From a virus: DNA of 64,000 nt. The stretch spans positions 8,155 through 72,154 of IMG/VR virus record IMGVR_UViG_3300003267_000287, one strand, 5' to 3'. Position numbers and translations under genes: made by a program. Under the pieces are notes generated by a model. That model was given only the letters and a program-made list of their open reading frames with translations, was not told the DNA's origin and searched no databases. Below, one piece after another: positions 10,216 to 19,303 of the stretch (position 1 is its first letter; each line of letters starts with the position of its first letter).

Positions 10216-10538
10216 GGCAGGAAGCGCTCATCGTTCACGCCGATCGCGATCGCGATGGCGTCGTTCAGGGCCTTCAGGGCGTTGTCGCAGTCGATCGATC
10301 GCCGCAAGAAGAAGCGATAGCGTAGTCGGATCCACGTGCCGCTCGGTTGCCAGCGCGATGGCTTCGCGACGCGCGCGATCCCAACGACGGCGGTCTGATA
10401 GTCCGCGACGGCGGTCTGTTTGGCGATCCCAATCCGACGGACGATGTTCCCGTCGGTCCCCCGCTTCTTGATCATCACCGGCTTGTAGGAATGGTTGACT
10501 GACGGTGGTTGTCCCGGGATGGTGACGGTCCATGTCAT
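10062..10538 (-). CDS. rusA: RusA-family Holliday junction resolvase
   Basis: PPSVN, D.DN..KAL.DA, ND and PRVEIEI motifs. Confidence 0.8.
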   Translation of the reverse strand: MTWTVTIPGQPPSVNHSYKPVMIKKRGTDGNIVRRIGIAKQTAVADYQTAVVGIARVAKPSRWQPSGTWIRLRYRFFLRRSIDCDNALKALNDAIAIAIGVNDERFLPCVMSKSVSTLEPNPRVEIEISSVPDDPFTLPSSPPTSSPPSASTATSRRR

Positions 10539-10978
10539 TGAGCACCCTGTTCGGCCCGGTGCCATCGGAGGAGCGCTGAACAGCGGCGCGAACAGACCCG
10601 GGCCCGTCCGTTCTCGTACTCCGCCCAGCGAGGCTTGAACTGGTTCCCGCAGCCCGGACGAGCGCAGGTGACCAGCCGATCCCGATGCTCGGCGAGCTGC
10701 TCGGGACTCTTGGTGAACTTCTCGCGGTTGCAGGTCAGGCAGCAGCGGACGATGTTCGAGGCGACGTTGCGACCGCCCCGGTCGAGCGGGATGACGTGGT
10801 CGAACGTCCCCTGGCCGCGCTCGAGGTGGATCCCGCAGTACACGCAGGTCAGGCTCGCGGTTTCGATCCAGGCCAGCTCGATGGCCTGCACCGTGCCGCG
10901 GATGCCGAGGCGGCGGGCCTTGGTGTTGTAGGCCGAGGCGATCCGGACAAGCCGCCGCTGTTCAGCGGTCTGCGTCAC
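10535..10978 (-). CDS. HNH endonuclease with C-terminal zinc finger
   Basis: CVYC...DHVIPL.RGG.N..SNIV.CC..CN..K. Confidence 0.85.
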   Translation of the reverse strand: MTQTAEQRRLVRIASAYNTKARRLGIRGTVQAIELAWIETASLTCVYCGIHLERGQGTFDHVIPLDRGGRNVASNIVRCCLTCNREKFTKSPEQLAEHRDRLVTCARPGCGNQFKPRWAEYENGRARVCSRRCSALLRWHRAEQGAQ

Positions 10979-11144
10979 GCCGACGTCCGAAGTCGCAGTT
11001 GAATCGGGAGCGGAACGTCCCGGTCGAGAACCACGTCTCGATGACCTTCTCGCGCGACAGGCCAGTCGCAGTCATCATCAGCTGGACGAGTCGCTCAGAC
11101 TCCGGAGATACCACCGGAGTAGTGGCCGGTTTGCGGTGTTCCAT
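10962..11144 (-). CDS. Small hypothetical protein
   Basis: GAGGAGG RBS before ATG at 11144. Confidence 0.45.
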   Translation of the reverse strand: MEHRKPATTPVVSPESERLVQLMMTATGLSREKVIETWFSTGTFRSRFNCDFGRRRDADR

Positions 11145-11440
11145 TGGAAACCTCCTCTCATCCCGTCCTCGGTGTGGCCCTGACACAGGCTCACCAGATG
11201 GTCGGGATCACTCGGTGCCCTCACCCCCATCCTTGGATCGTCCTTGATGTGGTCCAAGGTCAATTTGCCCCAGCAGGGTCCCGATGTGTTCGGGGCGAGC
11301 GGCACGGCCATGCACCCGATGATCGACGCGATCATCCCGCGCCGACCCTGGAAGATCGGCTGGCGTGCCTGCCAGTTCTTGATGTCCCGTGTCAGGACCT
11401 GGACCCGGAGTTCCGGGGTGACGGGGTCCTTGTGCGGCAT
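11078..11440 (-). CDS. HNH-like endonuclease
   Basis: LR..VL.RD...C...CWGKLTLDHI...LVSLCQGH. Confidence 0.65.
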   Translation of the reverse strand: MPHKDPVTPELRVQVLTRDIKNWQARQPIFQGRRGMIASIIGCMAVPLAPNTSGPCWGKLTLDHIKDDPRMGVRAPSDPDHLVSLCQGHTEDGMRGGFQWNTANRPLLRWYLRSLSDSSS

Positions 11441-11798
11441 CTGCGCGATCCCGAGCCAACGGCTTGTCATCGGCCCGATCCAGCGCCATCGACTTCGCCG
11501 CTGTCCAGAAGTATCCCATGGGGTTGCGTCGCGAGGAAGAGGCAGCGGTCTGGGCACAGCTGAAGTAGGCGAGGGCACAGTCCTCGGGCGAGTAGGCGCA
11601 GTCCTCAGACGCATACGGGTTCAGCGTGGCGCAATGACGCTGCCTCCAGATCTTCCGAAGATCGCCGAACTTCGGGTGGAAGCCGCGCGACTCCCACTCC
11701 TGCTGGATCCGGGGATCGATCTGTTCGCTGACGAACGCGCTCGCGACGATGCACGGATGGCGTGCAGGACGTCGTCGACGGGTGGTAGATTCCGACAT
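11208..11798 (-). CDS. Hypothetical protein, possible replication initiator
   Basis: Has its own promoter; RNPMGYF motif; long 3' overlap with the HNH gene. Confidence 0.4.
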   Translation of the reverse strand: MSESTTRRRRPARHPCIVASAFVSEQIDPRIQQEWESRGFHPKFGDLRKIWRQRHCATLNPYASEDCAYSPEDCALAYFSCAQTAASSSRRNPMGYFWTAAKSMALDRADDKPLARDRADAAQGPRHPGTPGPGPDTGHQELAGTPADLPGSARDDRVDHRVHGRAARPEHIGTLLGQIDLGPHQGRSKDGGEGTE

Positions 11799-11885
11799 CT
11801 CGTCACCGAAGAGGGGAAGAGGCCGGGCCCCCAGACCCGGCCTCCAACCGACGAACCAGTACTCGCCCTACCGGTCCGGACATAG

Positions 11886-11923
11886 AAGGTACCACACTTG
11901 TCCACAGGTGTGCAACAGGTGTG
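11886..11923 (-). promoter_or_regulatory. Sigma70-type promoter with ACACCTGT operator repeats
   Basis: TTGCAC-18-TACCTT with TG extension; ACAGGTGTG at 11904 and 11915. Confidence 0.55.
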
Positions 11924-12176
11924 GAGAAGCCGCAAGACCCAGGCTAGGGCGGACAGCCCGAAGTGGCGCATCCGGGGGCGGACGGAGCCAGCGAAGTCCG
12001 AGGGGTTGGGCAGGGCTGGACTACCCGACCTAGAGAAACCCGTCAGGGGCTGGTGAAGCCCGGGCGCGGATGACCAGACCGTTACTGCTGACCGGGGCGG
12101 TGTCATCCGAAGCGTGTCCCGACCGTCGACGGTCCACACAACACGCACGCCTTCCGGCAACGGGGGCGTGTGCCCC

Positions 12177-12371
12177 TCACGTCTCTGGTCCTCCAACAGA
12201 TGAAGCGACCATGAGGACGAGGGCAGCCAGGATGATGGCCGCGAGCACGAAGGCGATCAGATCGATCCACCAGGCTGGAGTCCGGGAAGAGGACCGATGA
12301 TCCGCCCGGGCTTGGATCGCGTACTCGTCGATCAGCAGGATCTCGTCGAGGCCGAGGTTGGGGTCAAACAT
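12177..12371 (-). CDS. Small membrane protein
   Basis: C-terminal TM segment (LIAFVLAAIILAALVLMV). Confidence 0.4.
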   Translation of the reverse strand: MFDPNLGLDEILLIDEYAIQARADHRSSSRTPAWWIDLIAFVLAAIILAALVLMVASSVGGPET

Positions 12372-12375
12372 GGGA

Positions 12376-12452
12376 TGGAGGCGACGGCGGGATTCGAACC
12401 CGCGAGTAGAGGTTTTGCAGACCTCCGTGTTGAACCGCTTCACCACGTCGCC
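12376..12452 (-). tRNA. tRNA-Cys(GCA)
   Basis: Cloverleaf with GGCGACG/CGTCGCC stem, anticodon loop CTGCAAA, TTCGAAT, U73 and CCA. Confidence 0.95.
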
Positions 12453-12457
12453 TTGGA

Positions 12458-13012
12458 TCAGGCACGTCGCTCCTTCCGAGAAGCTGTGGGCCCCGTCTGT
12501 CCTTGGTACTTGGAACCGAGTTCATCCTCCCCATACAACCGCCGCGCCGCGCTCGTCATCCGGTAGAAGCTGATCTGGGCGATCCGCATCCCGGCGTACA
12601 GCCGGAGCTTGACCGGGCCGATGTTGCTCAACTCGAGGGTCAGCTGGCCTTCGAAGCCGGGATCGACGTAGCCCGCGGTCGAGTGGATCATCAGGCCCAC
12701 CCGGCCGAGCGAGCTCCGGCCCTCCAGCCGCGCGACCATCCCAGCGCCAATCGAGACGCGCTCGCTGGTCGTGGCAAGGGCGAACTCCCCGGCATCGAGG
12801 AAGAGCTCGTTGTTCTCGTGGTCGACGACCATCAGGTCATCGGGTGGGTCGGTCGGGTCGATGATCCAGTGGCGGTACTTCAGGCGGAACCGGGCGAACC
12901 CGAGCCCGAGGTGGAGATCGACCGACGAGGGCTGTACATCTTCCGGTGAGAACGGATCGATCGAGATCTGGCCCTCCTCGATCGCGGCGAGGATGTCCTG
13001 GTCACTGAGCAC
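12458..13012 (-). CDS. dcd: dCTP deaminase
   Basis: LSD.DI, QPSSVDL, EGRSSLGR.GL.IH.TAG.VDPGF.G.LTLE, RIAQ and KYQGQ motifs. Confidence 0.95.
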   Translation of the reverse strand: MLSDQDILAAIEEGQISIDPFSPEDVQPSSVDLHLGLGFARFRLKYRHWIIDPTDPPDDLMVVDHENNELFLDAGEFALATTSERVSIGAGMVARLEGRSSLGRVGLMIHSTAGYVDPGFEGQLTLELSNIGPVKLRLYAGMRIAQISFYRMTSAARRLYGEDELGSKYQGQTGPTASRKERRA

Positions 13013-13208
13013 GGCGAACCTCTCGGCGGCATTCGGGGCACGTCCATTCGGGATGATCGATCCGATCGAGCGACGCATTGAAACGGCCGAAGTGACCTCT
13101 CAGGTACTCGACCCACATGTAGGCGTCGGCGTAGTCCTTGAACGAGCTGTGGAGGTGACGACTCCCGCGCTGTCGTTCGTCCGGGAAGTCGACGGTCACG
13201 ACGATCAC
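13002..13208 (-). CDS. Small hypothetical protein
   Basis: Fills the gap with coupled overlaps; CPEC motif. Confidence 0.4.
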   Translation of the reverse strand: MIVVTVDFPDERQRGSRHLHSSFKDYADAYMWVEYLRGHFGRFNASLDRIDHPEWTCPECRREVRRAQ

Positions 13209-13705
13209 AACATCCCCTCTGGCATCGTGATCGGGATCGCCCCGCGGTTCGGGACGATCCCCCAACCGTTGCAGCCGATGCACGGCTGCTTCTTGAGAAA
13301 CGGATCCTTGTGGCGCAGCTCCTCGAGACCCTCGTAGAAGTACTTCCGGGTCTTCGCTCGACAGCGGCCGCAGACCGCCACGTTCCCGAACACGATCGGT
13401 GACGGCAGGGTCGTGAACTTCAGGTCCTGTGGGACGTCGACCGGGGCCTCTTCGGTCAGATCACGAAGCGGACTGACCCGCGGGCCCATCGCGTAGCGGT
13501 ACTGCCAGATGTCCCGACGGGGGTCGGGGTGACGGCGTTCTTCGATCTTGTAGCCGGATGCGCGCAGCTCGCGCAGGCGGCGAAGTCCCTCAGACCCCCC
13601 GACCTCTTCGGTCGCGAGCTTGCTCCCATCCACCCAGTTCCCTCTGGCTTGGATCAGGGCGTCCAGGATCTGCTGCTTGCGGGTCCTCTCGCTCAGGTTG
13701 GGCAT
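13205..13705 (-). CDS. Winged-HTH protein with C-terminal zinc finger
   Basis: QQILDAL...GNWV....L.....RRLRELR..GY.IE; CGRC...CIGCNG.G. Confidence 0.6.
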   Translation of the reverse strand: MPNLSERTRKQQILDALIQARGNWVDGSKLATEEVGGSEGLRRLRELRASGYKIEERRHPDPRRDIWQYRYAMGPRVSPLRDLTEEAPVDVPQDLKFTTLPSPIVFGNVAVCGRCRAKTRKYFYEGLEELRHKDPFLKKQPCIGCNGWGIVPNRGAIPITMPEGML

Positions 13706-13922
13706 ACAGCTCCCATCCCTTCTCGTCAGCGAGGCGCTGAAGCTCCTCCCTCGTGGCGTCGATCAGGGCCATGGCCCGGTTGAACCCATGGGTGGCGTCG
13801 GCCTGGCCCTTCCAGCGGAACCGCTCGCGAGATACCCGGGCTCGCTCCTCCCAGAGCAATCGGAAGAGGAGCTTCGCCTGATCTTCGCGGACGCGGATCC
13901 GCCCGTATGGCCAATCAGCCAT
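13590..13922 (-). CDS. Hypothetical protein
   Basis: Coupled to the ERF gene. Confidence 0.4.
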   Translation of the reverse strand: MADWPYGRIRVREDQAKLLFRLLWEERARVSRERFRWKGQADATHGFNRAMALIDATREELQRLADEKGWELYAQPEREDPQAADPGRPDPSQRELGGWEQARDRRGRGV

Positions 13923-14814
13923 ATGGATACCCAGCGGCTTCGGCCTCGTCGCGCCACCGGTCGTTCTTATCGGCGACGTCCTGGAGATCCTCTGCGCTAT
14001 TCCGATCCGTTTGTGGGATCAGGGCAGCCAGAAGCCGACCAGCATCTTCCGATGACAGGTTCTTCACGATCTCGAGAACCGCCTTGCTCCGCTCCGCCTC
14101 ATCGTCGGGGAGAACGAACGGCTGGACCTCGAGCGTCGTCTCGATCAGCTTCACGAACTCGGTCCGGTCCAGGCCAGCGGCCTTCTGGGCCTCGCTGATC
14201 CGCCGGATCTGGATCGGTGATGCCAGGGTGGTGTGTCCGCCTCGCTGGACTCCAGCTCGACTGCCGCTCGTGACGCGGGTGGGACGAGCTGGGCGATCTT
14301 GGGCAGCCACGCGCTCATCAACCCGGGTGTCCGACTCGGGGTCGTCGCCGGTGTCGATCTTGAAGAGCTTCATCAACGCGTACTTCTGGGAGCCGGTGAT
14401 CGCCTTGTACACGCCCTTGTCGCCACGGTCGGCGCCGTAGCCCGGCATCCGGAAGCTGAACGACTCCTTGCCGTCGGTGACCTTGTACTCGATCTCGATC
14501 GTCGTCAGCTCCCCCTCACGGGACACGCTGTAGGCGTCGGGGATGATGATGATCCCAGCCGCAGCAAGGTACTGACGGACGGCCGAGACGAGGTCGCTCT
14601 CGGTCACGTAGTGGTACTTGTGGAAGGCGTTGTAGCCGCGCTTCTGGACCCCGCCGATCATCCCCGTGATCTTGGCGATCTTCTGGAACAGGTTCAGGTT
14701 GTCGAAGTCGGGCTCGAAGACATGGATCGCGGCGTCGACGAGATCGGTCTGGGTCCCGTCAGCGGGCGGGTCATCCGTCGATGGGTTCGGTGGGGTCGTC
14801 CGACGACCGGGCAT
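13915..14814 (-). CDS. ERF-family ssDNA-annealing protein
   Basis: K.GYN.F.KY.Y..E.D and G.D.GDK..YKA.TG..KY.L.K.F.I.TGDDPE. Confidence 0.9.
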   Translation of the reverse strand: MPGRRTTPPNPSTDDPPADGTQTDLVDAAIHVFEPDFDNLNLFQKIAKITGMIGGVQKRGYNAFHKYHYVTESDLVSAVRQYLAAAGIIIIPDAYSVSREGELTTIEIEYKVTDGKESFSFRMPGYGADRGDKGVYKAITGSQKYALMKLFKIDTGDDPESDTRVDERVAAQDRPARPTRVTSGSRAGVQRGGHTTLASPIQIRRISEAQKAAGLDRTEFVKLIETTLEVQPFVLPDDEAERSKAVLEIVKNLSSEDAGRLLAALIPQTDRNSAEDLQDVADKNDRWRDEAEAAGYPYG

Positions 14815-14861
14815 GGTCCTCCTCCTCTACCTGGGCTTTCGGGAACACCTCATCGAAGCGC

Positions 14862-15095
14862 TCACGAAACGATCGGAGCTCCTCCTGGAGCTTCAGGAGC
14901 ATCGTCAAGATTGCCTGCTCCGTCATCCTCCTCCTCGTAGAGATCGTGGTCGTGTGGGTGCCGGTGGAGGCCGACGGGTTCGCCGCCAACCTCCACCGGG
15001 TGCCGGTGTGGCCGTCCCCACTGATGGGCTTCGGGATGGCTGTGCTCGATCGTTCGAGGTCCGCCCTCCCAGTTATGCCGGTGGCGGTGCGTCAC
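14862..15095 (-). CDS. His-rich small protein
   Basis: HRH/HSH/HPH repeats; coupled to the nuclease gene. Confidence 0.35.
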   Translation of the reverse strand: MTHRHRHNWEGGPRTIEHSHPEAHQWGRPHRHPVEVGGEPVGLHRHPHDHDLYEEEDDGAGNLDDAPEAPGGAPIVS

Positions 15096-15877
15096 CGCGC
15101 GTCAGCGTAGGCGTCACAGATGTCCCGGTAGCCGCACCAGCCACAGGCGTGGTTCTGGAGCCCGGTCGGAAGGAAGATTCCCTCCAGGATCGCCCGGTTG
15201 ACCATCTCGAGGACGCCTGCGAAGGCGTCGATCGCTCGATCGGGCACGGGGCCGTCAGAAGCGACCGGCCAGTGGTACGGGTTCTGTGTGCGAACCATGT
15301 AGTCAAGGACGACATCGGCCTCCTTCTCCCCCGTCTCGTGACGGTAGCCGACGGCGTATCCAATCATCGCCAGTCGGTAGTCGCCCGATCCCTGCGGACG
15401 ACGCTTGGTGTACTTGTGGTCCCGGACGCGCCCCGTCGTGTCGACGAGGTCGATCGTGTAGCTGTACGGGATGTCGTTGACGTGGACGAGCCCCTCGTGC
15501 TCGACCCACAACGGCTCGATCTCGGGCGCGACCTTCTCGTGGTAGACGGTCAGCGTCTTGACGCCGGAGTCCTTGGCCTGCCCGCGGGTCTCGGGGCCCT
15601 CCTCCAGATCCTCTTGAGCCTCCCCGACCCCGGCATCGAAGGCGGTGCTGAAGATGTCGAGAACATCGTCGGTCGGAAGATCCTCGTGGGTCTCGATCTT
15701 CTGCTTGTAGTTGACCTCCTCGGCAGCGTGGGCCGAGTTCCCGAGAACCATCCGGAGCGAGGGCGGCCGCTTGAACTCGTAGACGTAGGCGTACTCCCAC
15801 TGCTTGGCGCAGCGCATGAACGTCGCGATCGACGACGCGCTGAACGGCTGGAGGAGCTCAGCCTCGTCGGCTGCCAT
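15092..15877 (-). CDS. PD-(D/E)XK nuclease, RecB/Cas4-like
   Basis: S.S.I..F..C, G...H, VE, IDL, DHKY and terminal C..C.Y...C. Confidence 0.85.
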   Translation of the reverse strand: MAADEAELLQPFSASSIATFMRCAKQWEYAYVYEFKRPPSLRMVLGNSAHAAEEVNYKQKIETHEDLPTDDVLDIFSTAFDAGVGEAQEDLEEGPETRGQAKDSGVKTLTVYHEKVAPEIEPLWVEHEGLVHVNDIPYSYTIDLVDTTGRVRDHKYTKRRPQGSGDYRLAMIGYAVGYRHETGEKEADVVLDYMVRTQNPYHWPVASDGPVPDRAIDAFAGVLEMVNRAILEGIFLPTGLQNHACGWCGYRDICDAYADAR

Positions 15878-16499
15878 GGCCCATCACCATCTCGTCCCAG
15901 TAGCCCATCGGGAAGATCACCCGCTCCCAGATCTGGAAGTTGTTGTCGTGGAACCAGTTGGCCCAGTCGGTCTTCGTGTAGCTCCAGACGTGGCCCGGCT
16001 CGTACGGGGGATCGGGTTCGTTCAGGGGGTGGCCGATCAGGGCCCAGTCGGCATGGGGCATCCAGCGCCTCGTGAGCGTGATCGGGTCGTGGACGTGCTC
16101 CAAGAACTCAGTCATCACGAGCAGGTCGCAGTCGATCGGCTCGAGCTCTTCCACCGGGCTGATGATCGTCTTCATGTTTGGGTAGCGCTTGGCGATCTTC
16201 TCAGCCGCGATCGGAACGACATCGACCCCGATCACTTCGATCCGGCTGGTGTTGATCAGACCGCGGGGTGTGACGTACGTCTCGCCGTCGCTGTACGGGC
16301 CGCTGACGTCACCGGCGCCACAGCCGAGCTCGACGATCCTGACGTTCTTGGCGTGGAGGTCCTTGATCAGGATCTTCTCGATGAACATCCGGGCCAGATC
16401 GACCCGGCCGGGCTGGCCGACATCGAACTCGGGGGCGTCGTTGCGGTTCGTGTGGTAGCCGAGCTGCTGCTCGAGCGTGCGGTTCCCGCGCCGTTCCAT
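15858..16499 (-). CDS. Class I SAM-dependent methyltransferase
   Basis: IVELGCGAG, GVD and DL....EFLEHV.DP motifs. Confidence 0.85.
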   Translation of the reverse strand: MERRGNRTLEQQLGYHTNRNDAPEFDVGQPGRVDLARMFIEKILIKDLHAKNVRIVELGCGAGDVSGPYSDGETYVTPRGLINTSRIEVIGVDVVPIAAEKIAKRYPNMKTIISPVEELEPIDCDLLVMTEFLEHVHDPITLTRRWMPHADWALIGHPLNEPDPPYEPGHVWSYTKTDWANWFHDNNFQIWERVIFPMGYWDEMVMGHGSRRG

Positions 16500-16814
16500 C
16501 TAGCCCTCCAGGTCGTGACGAAGGCCCGGATGCCGCGACGAGCGACGAGTTCCTCGCGGCGAATTGGAAATGGACCCTACGCGCGCGCGCATCGCTGCAC
16601 GCACGGTAGGGTCCGCAGGTTCGACGAGCGCAAGAAGTTGCGCAAGCCGTCGTCGTCCAATGTTGTGGACGACCTTGGTGGACCAGAGCGACCGCGGATT
16701 GTCGGCCGCGAGACGCTCGACCAAGCGCCGACTGACGTACGGACCGTCCAGCAGGAGCCTGACCAAGAGGACAAGCTCCCGCTGGCTGTGCGCGTCAAGT
16801 CGGGCACGGGTCAC
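16500..16814 (-). CDS. Hypothetical protein, probably leaderless
   Basis: GTG lies 7 nt after an extended -10 element TGGTACCAT. Confidence 0.4.
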   Translation of the reverse strand: MTRARLDAHSQRELVLLVRLLLDGPYVSRRLVERLAADNPRSLWSTKVVHNIGRRRLAQLLALVEPADPTVRAAMRARVGSISNSPRGTRRSSRHPGLRHDLEG

Positions 16815-16839
16815 ATGGGTGATGGTACCACGCTGAGGA

Positions 16840-17259
16840 TCACCTGAGCCCCAGTTCTCGGGTGACCGTGTCGTACTTGTCGGTGGTGTGGAGGACGTTG
16901 TCCTCGTCCTTGGTGAGGTACTCCGCTGAGAGGAACGTCTGGATCCGCTCTCGGCCGATCTGGAGACGACCGGCGTCGATCGGATCGTAGGCGTTCGACC
17001 TCTTGTACCCCCGCGGCCGCAAGGCAACCGGGTTGTTCTCCCTGTACAGCGCTCGCTGGCTTTCCCGGCGCCGCTCCGTTCGTCGGATGGCGGCTCCCGG
17101 TGGGACCCGCCGTCCGAGCTCCGTCTTCAGCTCCAGATACGAGATGGACGAGCGACCGTGCAGGATCTCGACAAGCGTCGGGAGATGCCTCGAGCGTGGG
17201 GCGAATCCATCAGGGATCCGTCGGCCTCGGCGATCGACCCTCTCGGTCGTCGTGGTCAT
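16840..17259 (-). CDS. Basic hypothetical protein
   Basis: ATGA overlap with the ParB gene. Confidence 0.5.
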   Translation of the reverse strand: MTTTTERVDRRGRRIPDGFAPRSRHLPTLVEILHGRSSISYLELKTELGRRVPPGAAIRRTERRRESQRALYRENNPVALRPRGYKRSNAYDPIDAGRLQIGRERIQTFLSAEYLTKDEDNVLHTTDKYDTVTRELGLR

Positions 17260-18203
17260 GCCAGCGCCGCCTCCATCGCCTCCAGCCGAGACTTGGCAGC
17301 CCGGAGCCGATCGAGCAGCGCCGTGCGCTCGTCGTCACCGAACAGCGTGCGGTCGACGTCGGCCGGATCGAGTGACTCGGCGTAGGCGATCGCTCGGTTC
17401 AGTCGGAGCATCGAACGAGGCACCGATCGACCCCCGACCGTCAGCTTGATCCGGGCAGCGTAGCGCTCCCGGGCCTCGTCGACGAGGGCCATCTGGGCCG
17501 ACTCGCTCGGCGCGTCGTTGATCTTGGTGATCAGATCCGACAGGTCACCCTGCGAGATCTTCGCCAGGATCGTCAGCTCAGCGAGCGCCTTGAACACGAC
17601 GTCGCTGCGGACGTTGTCGAGGCGCGACCGGTTCGTCCGGTTGAGCTCCGTTCGGCGCTCGACCTCGAGGAGGGCGAGGCGTCGATCGGTTCGGGCGATC
17701 GAGAGCTCGTAGCGGAGCTCCTGCCGGGGCACGTTGAGCATCCGGGCCGCGTCGTTCTGGCTGACACCGGCGGTGTCAACGAGATAGACGGCGTGCGCCT
17801 TGCGCTCTTCGGGCGTGGTCGGCATCCCGTGGCGGGTGTTCGCGTCGAACGTGAGGATGCTCAGCTGACGGTCCGACGCGCCCTTGACGACGTATGCCGA
17901 GATCGTTTCCTTCCCGGCGACCCGGGAGGCAGCGTAACGGTGGTTTCCATCGAGGATGAGGAACCCACCGGGGCCCTTGGCGACGACGATCGGCGGGAAC
18001 TTCGCCCCGCCCTGCATGGCCTCGGCGTAGGTGCCGACGAGATGCTCGTCGAGCGCCTGGAAGCGGGCCTGATTGCGGAGCGAGCGAGCCTCGTTGATGT
18101 CAGCGAGGTCGATCGTCTGGAGCTCGAACTCGGCGCCGTGGCTGGACAGCCACGCCTCGGTCTCGGCGCTCGTCGTGTTGGGCTTGGTGGCAGTAGCGGT
18201 CAT
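17256..18203 (-). CDS. ParB/Srx-domain protein
   Basis: YAEAM..G..FPPIVV....LDGNHR..A and N..HG.P motifs. Confidence 0.85.
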   Translation of the reverse strand: MTATATKPNTTSAETEAWLSSHGAEFELQTIDLADINEARSLRNQARFQALDEHLVGTYAEAMQGGAKFPPIVVAKGPGGFLILDGNHRYAASRVAGKETISAYVVKGASDRQLSILTFDANTRHGMPTTPEERKAHAVYLVDTAGVSQNDAARMLNVPRQELRYELSIARTDRRLALLEVERRTELNRTNRSRLDNVRSDVVFKALAELTILAKISQGDLSDLITKINDAPSESAQMALVDEARERYAARIKLTVGGRSVPRSMLRLNRAIAYAESLDPADVDRTLFGDDERTALLDRLRAAKSRLEAMEAALA

Positions 18204-18811
18204 AGTGACTCTCCGTGCGGGGCTGACTTCGCTCGGTACTCGAGGAAGTCGATGAGTGGAAGGACGGCGACAACGCCGACCAGATCCGGCCGATCGGCCG
18301 GAATGTCGATCTCGGACTCGAACGCGTCGAGCGCCTTGTGCGGATCGAACTTGATGCCGAGACCATCGGCGATCTCGCGCAGCTTCTCGAGCCGCTCGCC
18401 CATCGCCGCCCGGTCGGGACCGAGCGCTCGTGCCTCAGCGACGAGCTTGCGTGCTCGCTCGATCTCTGGCGTCCCATCGACGACACGCTTGGTCTTCGGC
18501 TCGTACTGTGGGAGGGCGCGGGTCGTCAGGTAGTCCAGGGTCCGCCGTAGCGCCTCGTCGTGCGGGACCAGCAGCGTCCAGAGACTCCGTCGTCCGAACC
18601 TCCCATTTGGGTCGAACAGGACGATGGTGCGGCTCAGGACACCGATGGACTCCCACAGTCGGGCGAGTCGAGTTGAGGTGGAGTTCGGGACCGGCAGCGT
18701 CTCTGCATTGAACGAGAACTCCTCTCCGACCTGGTGCTCGGAGTACAGAAACGCTAGCGCCTTGGTCGCGTGCTCCTTGTTCTTGTTGAAGTTATCTTGG
18801 GTGACTGCCAT
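18200..18811 (-). CDS. Hypothetical protein
   Basis: Intact ORF with AGGAG RBS, coupled to ParB. Confidence 0.55.
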   Translation of the reverse strand: MAVTQDNFNKNKEHATKALAFLYSEHQVGEEFSFNAETLPVPNSTSTRLARLWESIGVLSRTIVLFDPNGRFGRRSLWTLLVPHDEALRRTLDYLTTRALPQYEPKTKRVVDGTPEIERARKLVAEARALGPDRAAMGERLEKLREIADGLGIKFDPHKALDAFESEIDIPADRPDLVGVVAVLPLIDFLEYRAKSAPHGESL

Positions 18812-18817
18812 ATAGTT

Positions 18818-19303
18818 TCAGCTCCTGCTTGCCCAGCGCCTCGCGGGTGGTGTGACCTCATCCCCATGTGAAATCAGCCAGCGCGCAACGAGTCTGGACT
18901 CCAGCGTCATCTTTCGGGTAAACCGGACGTGAAAGATCTCTAGGGCCGTCCGCGAAGCCCAGCTGTTCTCGGCGTAGATCTGCATGGCTCGACTCAGTGA
19001 GTCGAAATGGAGGATCCGGTCTCGAGCGACGAGTCGCAGGAAGTTCCGGAGTCCGTGACGAGTCACGCGCCGGGGTGTCCAGTGGACGGTGCCCCGAGCG
19101 ACGACTCCCTTCTCGTGCTCCTCAATCCCGTAGCCGCAACCCTCCTCGGGGCCCGGGCAGAACCGGGCCCCAATGGCGGCGGCAACGTCGGCGTAGGACC
19201 GCACGTAGCCTCCATGGATGAGCCAGTACTGACGGATCTGTGTCAGCCAGTCCTGACGGTGATCAACGAGACGGAGTCCGGGTGAACGGAGCATGTCCGA
19301 CAC
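18818..19303 (-). CDS. Hypothetical protein
   Basis: Intact ORF in the operon; more A/T-ending codons than average. Confidence 0.45.
   Translation of the reverse strand: MSDMLRSPGLRLVDHRQDWLTQIRQYWLIHGGYVRSYADVAAAIGARFCPGPEEGCGYGIEEHEKGVVARGTVHWTPRRVTRHGLRNFLRLVARDRILHFDSLSRAMQIYAENSWASRTALEIFHVRFTRKMTLESRLVARWLISHGDEVTPPARRWASRS

Noticed and set aside
12376-12452. tRNA-Cys as a prophage attachment site
   Set aside because: Phage-like genes on both sides, no duplicated 3' end in the window and no integrase
15092-15877. Cas4 or CRISPR system
   Set aside because: No repeat-spacer array or other cas genes seen; the gene sits by ERF like a phage recombination nuclease
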